DNA of 64,000 nt from Myxococcota bacterium (GTDB taxonomy: Bacteria > Myxococcota_A > Polyangia > HGW-17), in assembly GCA_018821305.1 (NCBI GenBank), contig JAHJMN010000048.1:2575-66574 (forward strand). The letters run 5' to 3'. Of the stretch, positions 41,515 to 51,085 are shown piece after piece. Numbering within the stretch: the stretch's first letter is position 1; each line of letters begins with the position of its first letter. Made by a program: the position numbers and the translations under genes. A model generated the notes under the pieces. The model ran no database searches, was not told where the DNA came from, and saw only the letters and a program-made list of their open reading frames with translations.

Positions 41515-41734
41515 GTTACTGTCCTGAAATACCGGAAATCAAAATTTTCGTCGATTTTTCGCTCAGGACAGTAACCGCAAGGTGTTGAATTTATTGTAGT
41601 GTTCTGAATAGCATGTTTTCGTAAACATGCTCAATTTTGATAAAAATTGAATTTCAGGACACGAACTATTTAGTACTGTCGTTTTAGGATTTTCAACAAA
41701 ATCCTTCGCGAAGCGAGCTACAGGACACGAACTA
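41515..41734. repeat. three-module mosaic palindromic array (A, linker, B', B)
   Basis: A 41515-41575 with perfect 12-bp IR GTTACTGTCCTG/CAGGACAGTAAC; B' 41597-41668; B 41671-41734. Confidence 0.9.
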
Positions 41735-41877
41735 TTCAATGTATAATGAAACAATAATTTATCTATTAATATATCATTAATCATACATAACATTTTTAAA
41801 CTAATTTGCAATAGAGACTTTATTTCTGATTGTTAAATGAGCTTATGATTATTACACTGAAACTACACGGGGGGAGA

Positions 41878-42579
41878 TTATTTTTCAACTTTGGAAAGAC
41901 CACTCTCGATCGCTGTACGATATGCGGCCAGAGAAGTCAATCCGCTTTCATAACTGAGGATCTCCATTGTGTTGAGATCGATAAAACAGTTGAAGGGGAA
42001 TGCCTTGACATTCATTATATTGTAGAAATTGAAGTTGAAATCGTTTGTTGTAAAAACGTTTGCCATATCAGCATTGTAGCGTGATTGATAATCCTCTGCG
42101 AAATCAATGTCAGCGGTATATCCGTCATCGTCCTGTTGTGCGACAAGAAGGAATACTACTTCGTCGGCATATTCTTCTGCAACATTGTCCAGATTAGGAA
42201 GCTGGTAGGCACAAACAGAGCACCATCCGGCAGAAACCGTAAGCATGAGAAGCTTTTTGCCTTCAGCTTTTAACTGATGAATATCATGCATCCATGCGGT
42301 TCCATCAGGACCAGCAATGTCTTCGGCAAAATAACCAACTGGAATGAACGGGAAGTCAGGAAGTACCTGAAAGCGGCGTGTTCCGTAGGGTGGACAAGGA
42401 TATGTGTCAGGGCCACACTCGGGAATTTCGTAGTTTTCCTCACCGGAATCACCGGGCCATGCAACATCAACGGTGTTAGTTTCGCCGGCTTTGTATCCGG
42501 ATTCGACCTCGTCACCTTCACTGCAGGAAATAAAAAGAAGAGAAAAAACCGCCAGGGAAACAATGGAAAAAACTTTCAT
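41878..42579 (-). CDS. TlpA/thioredoxin-fold lipoprotein
   Basis: Lipobox FISC; AGWCSVC active site; cis-Pro loop AFP; extra CGPDTYPC. Confidence 0.85.
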   Translation of the reverse strand: MKVFSIVSLAVFSLLFISCSEGDEVESGYKAGETNTVDVAWPGDSGEENYEIPECGPDTYPCPPYGTRRFQVLPDFPFIPVGYFAEDIAGPDGTAWMHDIHQLKAEGKKLLMLTVSAGWCSVCAYQLPNLDNVAEEYADEVVFLLVAQQDDDGYTADIDFAEDYQSRYNADMANVFTTNDFNFNFYNIMNVKAFPFNCFIDLNTMEILSYESGLTSLAAYRTAIESGLSKVEK

Positions 42580-42601
42580 TTTACGTGACTCCTTCTCTAG
42601 A

Positions 42602-42744
42602 TAGTCCGTGTCCTGTAATTCGCTTTGCGAATGATTCTATTGAAAAACCTAACAGGCCACTAGTAATATTTTCAACACTTTGTGGTCACTGTCCTAATCA
42701 AAAACCGGTAAAAACTTTAAAAATCTATATTTCAGGACAGTGAC
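42602..42744. repeat. composite palindromic element (B, linker, A)
   Basis: TAGTCCGTGTCCTG...CAGGCCACTA (42602-42662); GTCACTGTCCT...AGGACAGTGAC (42685-42744). Confidence 0.88.
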
Positions 42745-42813
42745 TGAGTATAACCGTCGTTCAAATGGCAAAGCGCTATATTAAAAATGTGTTCGGTCAT
42801 TAAAAAACAATTT

Positions 42814-42876
42814 GTGTTCTATCCGGATTAAAAAATTTAATAAAAACTACCGATTCACAAATTCCGGACAGAGACT
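42814..42876. repeat. repeat-family member (CCGG variant)
   Basis: TCTATCCGG...CCGGACAGA inverted ends about 60 bp apart. Confidence 0.55.
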
Positions 42877-42931
42877 TCTTGACTTATCACTTCTTTTCTT
42901 ATACATGCTTATTCAGTGGAGGCAAGTAAAA

Positions 42932-44398
42932 ATGAAACTAACAAGCATAAAAGTCATTCTGTTTATGGTTTTCACCTCGGCGTTCATTATAGCCGGTTGT
43001 GATGACGACACTGGTACCAAAACACTTCCGTTTGGTTCGGCCTGCGACGGAACCGTAGATTGCCAGGGAGTCTGCAATACCGCCCTTCCCTCTGGTATGT
43101 GTATCGAAGCATGCTCGACGGAAATGCCTTGTGCCGAGGGCATATGCACTCCTTTTGACGAAACTCTCAGTTTCTGTATGCCTTCATGTACTGAAAATAG
43201 CGAATGTCGCGATGGCTATAGTTGTATCGGCGGCATCTGTGCACCACTTTCTGAAATAGGCAACGACTGCGAAGAAGTTGAAGATTGCGCAGATTGCACT
43301 GCCCAGACCTGCCCGGAAGGCGCCACAGTGTCATGCCTCGAAGGAATATGCTCTGTTCCATGCACTACAAGTGAAGACTGTGGTGACGGAGCTTATTGCG
43401 GCCTTTCCGAAGGTAATTACATGTGTGTTCCCATCGATTTCGAAACAGGTGATGGTACTTTCGGATACTCCTGTGCTCAGGCAGATTGCTCTGAAGGTTT
43501 CAGTTGCCTTGGAGCCGGAGATGAAGACGCTACATCATACTGCACTGCAGAATGCTCAACGGATCGCGATTGCCCGCCGAATTTCAATTGCCGCGACCGT
43601 GGTGATGGCACTCAAATGTGCATCAAACGTGAAGTTTGTGAACCTTGCGATCTTGATTATCAGTGCGGTTTTGATACCGATAAATGCGTGATGTCCAATC
43701 CTACAACTGGCTCCGCAGAAAACTACTGCAGCGTTCTTTGTGACCCTGCCCGCACCACATGCCCCATGGATTTCTCTTGTCAGGAAGCTTTCTATTGTAC
43801 CGGAACAGGCACCTGGGTTGCTGATTGTGCATGGTGCACAAGTGGGACCTGCGAAACCACCGGTACTACTTATCAGTGTTTCCAGGATTACGGCGCATGC
43901 ACAGGTGGTGGTGAACTCTGCACACCCTGCCGCATTGATGACGACTGTACAGAGGGTCGCTGTCTTGCCTTCCGCGATTCACAGAATAAAGTCTGCTCAC
44001 GAGACTGCTCATCCGATGGTGAATGCCCTGATGGATACGCCTGTTTTGATTTCGGCACTGTTGGTGAACATTGCATGCCCAGAACCGGTAGTTGTACTGA
44101 ACCATCCGGCGGTAAAGACATGTGCCAGGGCTGTCAGGATTACACGGATTGTCTCCGCGGTGACTGTATTTCCATCACCGGTAGCACCGATGACCCCACA
44201 TACTGCCTCGATGGCTGCACAGACAACACAGACTGTAGTGAATTTGCAGAGTGTGTAAACATTAGTTATTATGGATATCAGTTCCGTGTTTGCCGTCCCA
44301 CTACAACGGTTTCAACCTGTTCGAACTTCCTTGACTGTGAAGAAGAATGCCCCAACGGTCCAGATGATTGTGCTTCTGGTCCTGCTTACTGTCAGTAA
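42932..44398 (+). CDS. Cys-rich acidic lipoprotein (69 Cys), paralogue of 31204..32640
   Basis: ATG 42932 after GGAGG; AGCDDD lipobox; 69 Cys; ends GPAYCQ. ORF track starts at 42812. Confidence 0.88.
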   Translation: MKLTSIKVILFMVFTSAFIIAGCDDDTGTKTLPFGSACDGTVDCQGVCNTALPSGMCIEACSTEMPCAEGICTPFDETLSFCMPSCTENSECRDGYSCIGGICAPLSEIGNDCEEVEDCADCTAQTCPEGATVSCLEGICSVPCTTSEDCGDGAYCGLSEGNYMCVPIDFETGDGTFGYSCAQADCSEGFSCLGAGDEDATSYCTAECSTDRDCPPNFNCRDRGDGTQMCIKREVCEPCDLDYQCGFDTDKCVMSNPTTGSAENYCSVLCDPARTTCPMDFSCQEAFYCTGTGTWVADCAWCTSGTCETTGTTYQCFQDYGACTGGGELCTPCRIDDDCTEGRCLAFRDSQNKVCSRDCSSDGECPDGYACFDFGTVGEHCMPRTGSCTEPSGGKDMCQGCQDYTDCLRGDCISITGSTDDPTYCLDGCTDNTDCSEFAECVNISYYGYQFRVCRPTTTVSTCSNFLDCEEECPNGPDDCASGPAYCQ

Positions 44399-44443
44399 TA
44401 TTGTTTTTCACTGACCACCTTTCACAGCCCCGGTAGTTTTCCT

Positions 44444-45136
44444 ATGTCTTCCAAACGTCACAAAAATCGTTCAAAAAACAATGACCAGAAAAAGGACAAA
44501 CCACCTGTAATCACTTCGCCATTCGCTTCTCTGGCAAACATTAAATATGAAAAACCAGCCTTGAAAGCACCTGAAAAAGAACTGCCTCCACCGCCGCCAC
44601 CAGAAAAGATTGAGAATTTTATGGCTTCAATGTTTCCTGATGCTGTAAAAATTGAGGATGAAAATTATGTCCCGGTTCTAAAGAAAGATACAACCTGCTT
44701 TACAGGGATGGATGAAGTTGACGACCTCCTTGAACTAAGGGAACTTGTGGATGGAGATAAGGATTTCAGCATTGAATTTCTGGATGAATTCGTATGTGGC
44801 CTTGCCCCCGGAGTAGACCCACGCATTTTAGCGAGGCTAAAAAATGGAGAATACAGTATTCAGGCGTATATCGATCTTCATCGCTTTGGGTGGACAGATT
44901 CAAGACAGATGATTCTGGATTTCGTAAATCGCAGCATTGCTTCAAACTACCGATGCGTTCTCATTATCCATGGCCGCGGACTCCACAGTCGAACCCAGAC
45001 ACCAGTCATTAAAGAAAACCTTGTGGCGCTCCTCACCCGTGGACCTCTGCGACGTAGGATCCTCGGCTTCTCAACCGCTCTCCCCATTGATGGCGGCCCG
45101 GGCTCCATGTATGTTCTCCTGCGCCGAAAACGATAA
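44444..45136 (+). CDS. Smr domain protein
   Basis: IDLH, IIHGRGLHS, DGGPGSMYVLL. Confidence 0.9.
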   Translation: MSSKRHKNRSKNNDQKKDKPPVITSPFASLANIKYEKPALKAPEKELPPPPPPEKIENFMASMFPDAVKIEDENYVPVLKKDTTCFTGMDEVDDLLELRELVDGDKDFSIEFLDEFVCGLAPGVDPRILARLKNGEYSIQAYIDLHRFGWTDSRQMILDFVNRSIASNYRCVLIIHGRGLHSRTQTPVIKENLVALLTRGPLRRRILGFSTALPIDGGPGSMYVLLRRKR

Positions 45137-45186
45137 TTTTGACTTCCCTCAAGTACTGTGTACTAATTTTCGTCGGGATTGTGCCA

Positions 45187-45591
45187 ATGAAAAATGATGT
45201 ACATACAATTGATGAAGGATTCTGTGCTCGCTGCGGGATATCGCTGAATGTCGAACTTAAATACCGCAATGTTCCAGTAATGTGCCCCGTGTGCATGTCC
45301 AGACGAGACGATGAAGCAATTGAAAAAGGTGTCTTCGGTGAGAAGAAAGACATAATCGGCTGCAGTTGGCGTAATGGAAAAATCTATGTTGTTACATACT
45401 CCGGTGATCTTGGACCGACCAATCGTCCTCAAGTGATTGAGCGCTGGCCGGAGAAAGTTTTTTCAGTCCTTGCTGATTCCAAATCCGTTTGCTTTCCCGC
45501 AACACGCTGGATTTTTGATATGGCATTCTTTCCTGCCGTGGAAAAAATCATTACTGCCACCGGAAAAAAACTTGTTCTTTACCAGCGCTGA
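45187..45591 (+). CDS. hypothetical protein with N-terminal CxxC...CxxC zinc finger
   Basis: CARC...CPVC; likely ATG 45187; ORF track starts at 45139. Confidence 0.55.
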   Translation: MKNDVHTIDEGFCARCGISLNVELKYRNVPVMCPVCMSRRDDEAIEKGVFGEKKDIIGCSWRNGKIYVVTYSGDLGPTNRPQVIERWPEKVFSVLADSKSVCFPATRWIFDMAFFPAVEKIITATGKKLVLYQR

Positions 45592-45733
45592 AACCCTATA
45601 AGTTACGACTGGTTTTTCAATTTTAAAATTTATCGCCTTTACCTTCACTACAAATACGGTTATGTTGAAGCAGAAGTTTTAAATACTTCTGTAAAATTAA
45701 TGATTTCAGGACAGATTTTTAACGCAGGTTTTC

Positions 45734-46921
45734 ATGACAGACATTCTTCACATCAGCCCCTGGGAGTTTCTCAGTCTGAGTTTTCAACTGGGGAAAAAGC
45801 TTTACAGAAACGGAATACGCCCAAAGCATGCAATCAGCGTGTGGCGTGGAGGAACCCCCGTCGGTTTGGGCGTGGATGCCTTTTACCGCATGCAGGGTAT
45901 CAGCATGAACCACACAACCATTGCCACGGAAAGCTACCATGGCATAGGACTTCAGGCTCAAGTTACAGTAAAAGGCCTGGAGCACGTAATAAATGTCGTT
46001 TGCCGTGAGGACGATCTCCTTATAATTGATGATGTCTATGAGTCAGGAAATACTATAAAAGAAATCATTGAGACAATTCAGCGTGGAGCAAGAGCAAATA
46101 CTCCCCGCAATATTTATATTGCCACTATTCACTCCAAGCCTGAAAACCACCGTTATACTGACTATCCAATTATTTCTGTTGCGGAACTACCAGGAAATAT
46201 CTGGATTGATTATCCACATGAACTTGCAGACCTTGTTACGGCGGACCCGTCTGATCCTCTTATCAAGGAGAAGGATCCCCATGTATGGAATCTACTCCAC
46301 GGATTCGATGACAACTATAAAGGTCGTCCTAACGCCGTTAAATCATACCTCCCACCGGATAAAATCTACTATGATTCGATCCGGCTTGCCCTTCGCATAG
46401 CTCTTACAGAAAAATACGTACCTGATTTTCTCATTGCCCTGTGGCCAGGAGGCATTAATGCGTGCCTGCCTTTCCACGAAGTTTTGAAATACCTCCATAA
46501 AAAAGAATTAATCAGCAAAGTCCCCGATCACATCAGTTTGAACACCACAAGGACGCATCTGACATATCGCTCTAACATCATTGGTCTCAAGTACTTAACG
46601 GATCGTATCGAAAAAAATCATCACGTCCTACTTATGGAAACTGCTTTCCGCTCAGGCCGACTTATGTCCGATGTCGTAGGCAAACTTAAAGAAACCCTGC
46701 GTCGCAATCTTTCTCTGGATAATGTAAAAATTGCCACGCTTTATTACAATCCTGATGACGATTCAACCTGGACCGTTAAACCATTCCGCGAAAAACCTGA
46801 TTTTTATCTTGAAAAAACGTCGGAAAATCTAATTTATCCGACAAATATTCACCGCCTTTCCTCCCCATTGGAGCAGATCAGACAGATAGATGCGGAACTA
46901 TATAAATCTATTTATACTTAA
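45734..46921 (+). CDS. tandem type I phosphoribosyltransferase-domain protein
   Basis: Domain 1: SVWRGG, LLIIDDVYESGNT, WIDYPHE. Domain 2: ALWPGG, VLLMETAFRSGRL, LIYP. Confidence 0.8.
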   Translation: MTDILHISPWEFLSLSFQLGKKLYRNGIRPKHAISVWRGGTPVGLGVDAFYRMQGISMNHTTIATESYHGIGLQAQVTVKGLEHVINVVCREDDLLIIDDVYESGNTIKEIIETIQRGARANTPRNIYIATIHSKPENHRYTDYPIISVAELPGNIWIDYPHELADLVTADPSDPLIKEKDPHVWNLLHGFDDNYKGRPNAVKSYLPPDKIYYDSIRLALRIALTEKYVPDFLIALWPGGINACLPFHEVLKYLHKKELISKVPDHISLNTTRTHLTYRSNIIGLKYLTDRIEKNHHVLLMETAFRSGRLMSDVVGKLKETLRRNLSLDNVKIATLYYNPDDDSTWTVKPFREKPDFYLEKTSENLIYPTNIHRLSSPLEQIRQIDAELYKSIYT

Positions 46922-47570
46922 ATCTTTTATATTAATTCCTTTTTTTCCTCTGTTTACATCATGCGGAAACGAGGACGCTGAGGTTTTAAGCCAGAGAAAA
47001 TGCCCTTTCTGGGGTTGCAGCGGCAAAAATATCTGCCTTAAAAATCTTGATGTGTGTGTGCGTCCCTGTGAAAAAGACGTAGATTGCCCTGGGGACTTTC
47101 TATGCAAAAAATACTTCAAAGATAATTTCACATTCTCCGGTCGGAAGGGTAAATTTTGTTTTAAAGCAACGGGTAAATTGAACGATTTCTGCACTCGATA
47201 TGATCAAGCTTGCGGCAGGGATCTCGCTTGCGTTGATGGAATATGCAGGAGAATCTGCATTTCGGATGACCAGTGTCCGGAGGACCATCTATGCAAAATG
47301 GAAGTCTTGTCCACAGACTCACTTCATCCAAATTCAAACTATCACGTGTGCGCCCTTGCAACTAAAAAAACGGGGGATAAATGCGCAAATTCGAAGGAAC
47401 CACTCTGCAGTCGTGATAATGTCTGCATTGACAGCATGTGTCGTAAACTTTGTTCCCTTGATAGCCACTGTCCTCCGGAAACCCGTTGTACCGGGCGGGG
47501 TACTTCTGGATGGAGAGGACGCATGCGATATTTAAGTGGAGATGAGCCGGATTTTCGATACTGTCAATAA
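46890..47570 (+). CDS. Cys-rich lipoprotein
   Basis: FTSC lipobox; repeated C-x3-C-x4-CP units; ends YCQ. Confidence 0.75.
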   Translation: MRNYINLFILKSFILIPFFPLFTSCGNEDAEVLSQRKCPFWGCSGKNICLKNLDVCVRPCEKDVDCPGDFLCKKYFKDNFTFSGRKGKFCFKATGKLNDFCTRYDQACGRDLACVDGICRRICISDDQCPEDHLCKMEVLSTDSLHPNSNYHVCALATKKTGDKCANSKEPLCSRDNVCIDSMCRKLCSLDSHCPPETRCTGRGTSGWRGRMRYLSGDEPDFRYCQ

Positions 47571-47653
47571 AATAAAGTCATCAAGTGGGATGTCGATTTA
47601 TTTTCGCTACAGGTAATTCCAACGTCCGGAAACAGGGATTCGGGTTTAAACTG

Positions 47654-49240
47654 ATGAAACTTAAAATTATTTTTATTATTTTCACATTTGCCACTTCCGG
47701 GTGCTTTTCCACTGGGCAGAAAACTACACTGCACAACCGCTGCCCTGGAGTATTTCAGTGGCCTAAGTGGCAAAAGCTCTTCGCTGATTTTGCAGCAAAA
47801 CCTCAAAGTATGCATAACTTCCTTCATAACGGCAATGATCTGTGGCCAAAAACAGCTAACCTTTGTGCTCTCGGGAGAAATGCATTTCTCGATTTAGCTT
47901 TGGGGCCCGGAACAAGCCTCGAATATGGCCTTTCTGGTAGCGCATGGATGAGTCTGATCCGCTCCGTTGCATTCACCAACTCCTTTTCCCGAGGTACTTA
48001 TGATAAAAATGGAACCCGATGGCTTTATATCTGGCCGGTGATTACAACCAGCCATACTCAGTGGATTCTGGAACTGGCTTATCGACAAATGAATCCTGCC
48101 CTTCCCCTCCGGGATGAACTAAAACTTCCTTCCGGGTTATCCTGGCAGGCACAGTACACCTGGTCTAAAACAGATTTACAAAACAAGCAGAAGACCTGGG
48201 AAACTCGTCTCCTTTACGCGCTGGTATTGCGCATTTCATTGATAATAAACAAATGGGGCAATAACCCTCCCACGTATGAACCTGCAGTCATTTTAAAGAA
48301 TATTCGCCGACTTGAGGGTCGAAAACAGTTTAAATTTATTTATAACTTCGTGCGTTATGCCTATTTCAAGGCGGCAAAAGAAGGAAATTTGCACCCATCA
48401 GAATATCTCCAGAGTGAACTTGTTAAGCTCACAGGAACCAGTGTAAAAGGCTATAAACGCCCCCTGTCTCCAATGGAACTTAGTGCCCTTTGTAAATCAA
48501 ACTCCAGGCTCGAAAAAAAATATGCTGAGCGTCTTAAGGAACTCGACTACATAACTTCCACCGAGGAGAAAACTGATATACCTGCGGGGATCGCCACAAA
48601 GCGCAAGGACTACCAACTGCTGAAAAAACTCGGTTTATACTGGAACAAAAAACTTCTGCAGATTTCATCATCTCCCGATATTCAAAAAGAAGTAATGAAA
48701 GCGCTGCTGAGTCGGAAAATAACAGTCACGGGAAATTTCTTCAATGCAACGACACACCTGGAAGAGAGTTCTTCAGGTTTTACTCACGCTGGACTTGTAG
48801 TCAATCTCCCTGGACATGCAAAACCATGGCTTTTGGAGCGCGTTTTAGGTTTTTACTACGTGAATCAGGTCCATACTCTTAAGAATTCCAGCGTTGTTGA
48901 AGTTCTTTCAGTACCCAGAACGGACATGAAAAATCATCATTACAGTATTGTCCCGTTCACAGTGAAAACTCCATTTCGTTTTAAAAAAGGGGTTTCCGAT
49001 ATCGTGACTTTTAAAAATATCTATTACTCTTTTAAAAAGCAACTGGATCCGCGTTACAGACTCGGTCCTGGATTCATCTTTGGTGCAATGCATATTATTC
49101 CTAACCTTTTGAGAAACCGTGAGATTTTCCGGTCGATTTATGGCATTGAATCCCATGGGAAATACACTTTCCTTGATATAAAAAAAGGACACCTTCTTAA
49201 AAATCGTGAAATTTTCCTCATTGCTCGATGCGTCAACTGA
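47654..49240 (+). CDS. hypothetical basic lipoprotein
   Basis: ATG 47654; TSGC lipobox; late FTHAGLVV...WLLE motif weakly reminiscent of permuted NlpC/P60 proteins. ORF track starts at 47585. Confidence 0.6.
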   Translation: MKLKIIFIIFTFATSGCFSTGQKTTLHNRCPGVFQWPKWQKLFADFAAKPQSMHNFLHNGNDLWPKTANLCALGRNAFLDLALGPGTSLEYGLSGSAWMSLIRSVAFTNSFSRGTYDKNGTRWLYIWPVITTSHTQWILELAYRQMNPALPLRDELKLPSGLSWQAQYTWSKTDLQNKQKTWETRLLYALVLRISLIINKWGNNPPTYEPAVILKNIRRLEGRKQFKFIYNFVRYAYFKAAKEGNLHPSEYLQSELVKLTGTSVKGYKRPLSPMELSALCKSNSRLEKKYAERLKELDYITSTEEKTDIPAGIATKRKDYQLLKKLGLYWNKKLLQISSSPDIQKEVMKALLSRKITVTGNFFNATTHLEESSSGFTHAGLVVNLPGHAKPWLLERVLGFYYVNQVHTLKNSSVVEVLSVPRTDMKNHHYSIVPFTVKTPFRFKKGVSDIVTFKNIYYSFKKQLDPRYRLGPGFIFGAMHIIPNLLRNREIFRSIYGIESHGKYTFLDIKKGHLLKNREIFLIARCVN

Positions 49241-49300
49241 CATAGGTCTCGACAAAACAAACCTCTGAATATATATTGCTTCTGCGTGGTATTATAATCT

Positions 49301-51085
49301 ATGTTCAAATATTCATTTCTTCTTTTATTGATATTGTCACTATCCGGATGCGAAAGCTGCGGTGAGCCCCCTCCAACACCTCACAAAGTTGCCATGGAGC
49401 AAATTGATCGTGAAAAGAAACGAGCTGTTACTACAGCGCTGCAGGTTAAAGCCCCCACAGAGAAAATTAATAGAGATCGGGAACTTATAGTTGCCGTACC
49501 CTATCTGCCGGAACACCTTAACCCTTACATTAAAATAAGTGAATGGGGATATCGAATCGCCATGCACAATATTTATGAGAGCCTCATAGACCGGGATCCG
49601 GCCACAGGAAAACTTGTGGGAGCATTAGCTGAAAGCTGGGAAGTAGAACCCGGCGGTACAATATTCCGTTTCAAACTGCGCCCCGGGCTCAGGTGGCAGG
49701 ACGGCAGGCCTCTAACAGTTGAGGATGTTATCTTTTCATTTCAATTACTTCACGTAAAGAAAATCGAACTTGGTCCTTTCTACCGTGATATCGACTTTTC
49801 GTTTAAACGCATTGATAAGACCGAAGATGGCAACGTTCGCATTATCCTGAGCAATCCAAACGCCTATTTTCTCGATCATCTTGTTGAATTTCCAATTATT
49901 CCTTCGCATGTCTTCTACCGTGGCGTTTCTAAAAAGACTAGAGGTAGCATTTCCCCGATTGGAAGCGGCCCCTATCGACTTTATCAATGGATTCCCCGTG
50001 AAAAAATCATTCTGGTTAAAAATGAATACTATTGGGGAAGCGTACCTGCAGTGGAACGCATTGTTTTTCAGGCCATCAGTGATGTATCCAATGCATTTGT
50101 TGGCATTCGCCGACGACAACTTGGAATGCTACCGAGGGTAAGTCCGGTTCATTATCCTGCCCAGATTACTGAGAACATAAAAAAAGACTATTCTCTTTAT
50201 TCCTTTGTGCCACCTTCATTCAATTATATTCTCTGGAACACTACAGATCCCAAGCTTGCGGATTTCCGTGTAAGGCGCGCCTTATCCATGCTGGTGGACA
50301 CTAAGAGCATCATCAAAAAAGTTTTTCGTGGACTCGCGACACCATGCGCCGGACCTTTCTGGACTACAAGTGGCCTTGGGCGGAAAGATGCAAAAGGTTG
50401 GGAATTCTCACCAGACAAAGCTAAAGAGCTACTTTATCAGGTAGGATGGCGCGATACGGATGGTGATAAAATTCTTGATAAAGGTGGCGTCCCGTTCAAG
50501 ATTGTTATGCTTGTACCCGTTGATTCGCACAAAGGCCGTGCTGTAGCTGATATAATCCGCGGAGATTACCAACGGGCTGGTATCGAAATGATGATTGTTC
50601 CCACCGACTGGAATCTTTTCCGAAAGCATTTGAAGAAGAAATCATTTACGGCAGCTATGCTGAGTTGGTCCGGGCGCCCATATGAAGACTTTTCCCCACT
50701 CTTTCACAGCACCGGTCGTTACAATTACGGCGTAGTCTATAACGTCCTGATTGATAAACATCTGGCACTTATGAGGCGAACGGAATCCTTCAAAGATATG
50801 GGACCCCTTAGTGTTAAACTTGAGGAAATGCTTGAGAGTTACCTCCCCATGACTTTTCTTTTCCGCCCGGTGGAACTCTCGCTGATTCACCGACGCTTTA
50901 AAAATGTCCTTCCTTCCCCCGAAGGATTCCGCTTTGCACGCTGGCAGTATGATGAAGAATTCATAAAAACACGACCGACAGAGCCTGTTTTCGACCCTTC
51001 AGACGCAGAAAAAGATAAAACTGCACCATCCAAAGCACCAGCAGGTAAACCCCGACGTCGCAAACCTGGCATGAAGGCGAAATGA
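49301..51085 (+). CDS. peptide/nickel ABC transporter substrate-binding lipoprotein (family 5)
   Basis: LSGC; LAESWEV...FKLRPGLRWQDG.PLTVEDV; PIGSGPY; D.RVRRAL. Confidence 0.93.
   Translation: MFKYSFLLLLILSLSGCESCGEPPPTPHKVAMEQIDREKKRAVTTALQVKAPTEKINRDRELIVAVPYLPEHLNPYIKISEWGYRIAMHNIYESLIDRDPATGKLVGALAESWEVEPGGTIFRFKLRPGLRWQDGRPLTVEDVIFSFQLLHVKKIELGPFYRDIDFSFKRIDKTEDGNVRIILSNPNAYFLDHLVEFPIIPSHVFYRGVSKKTRGSISPIGSGPYRLYQWIPREKIILVKNEYYWGSVPAVERIVFQAISDVSNAFVGIRRRQLGMLPRVSPVHYPAQITENIKKDYSLYSFVPPSFNYILWNTTDPKLADFRVRRALSMLVDTKSIIKKVFRGLATPCAGPFWTTSGLGRKDAKGWEFSPDKAKELLYQVGWRDTDGDKILDKGGVPFKIVMLVPVDSHKGRAVADIIRGDYQRAGIEMMIVPTDWNLFRKHLKKKSFTAAMLSWSGRPYEDFSPLFHSTGRYNYGVVYNVLIDKHLALMRRTESFKDMGPLSVKLEEMLESYLPMTFLFRPVELSLIHRRFKNVLPSPEGFRFARWQYDEEFIKTRPTEPVFDPSDAEKDKTAPSKAPAGKPRRRKPGMKAK

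Noticed and set aside
41515-41734. Possible CRISPR array
   Set aside because: Units are 60-70 bp and non-identical, the linker recurs at other loci instead of being a unique spacer, and no cas genes are present.
41563-41811. 82-aa ORF with repeated LNSSCP
   Set aside because: Translation of the repeat array; the same applies to the SSCP/FVKRNPGHE N-terminal extension of 53503..54144.
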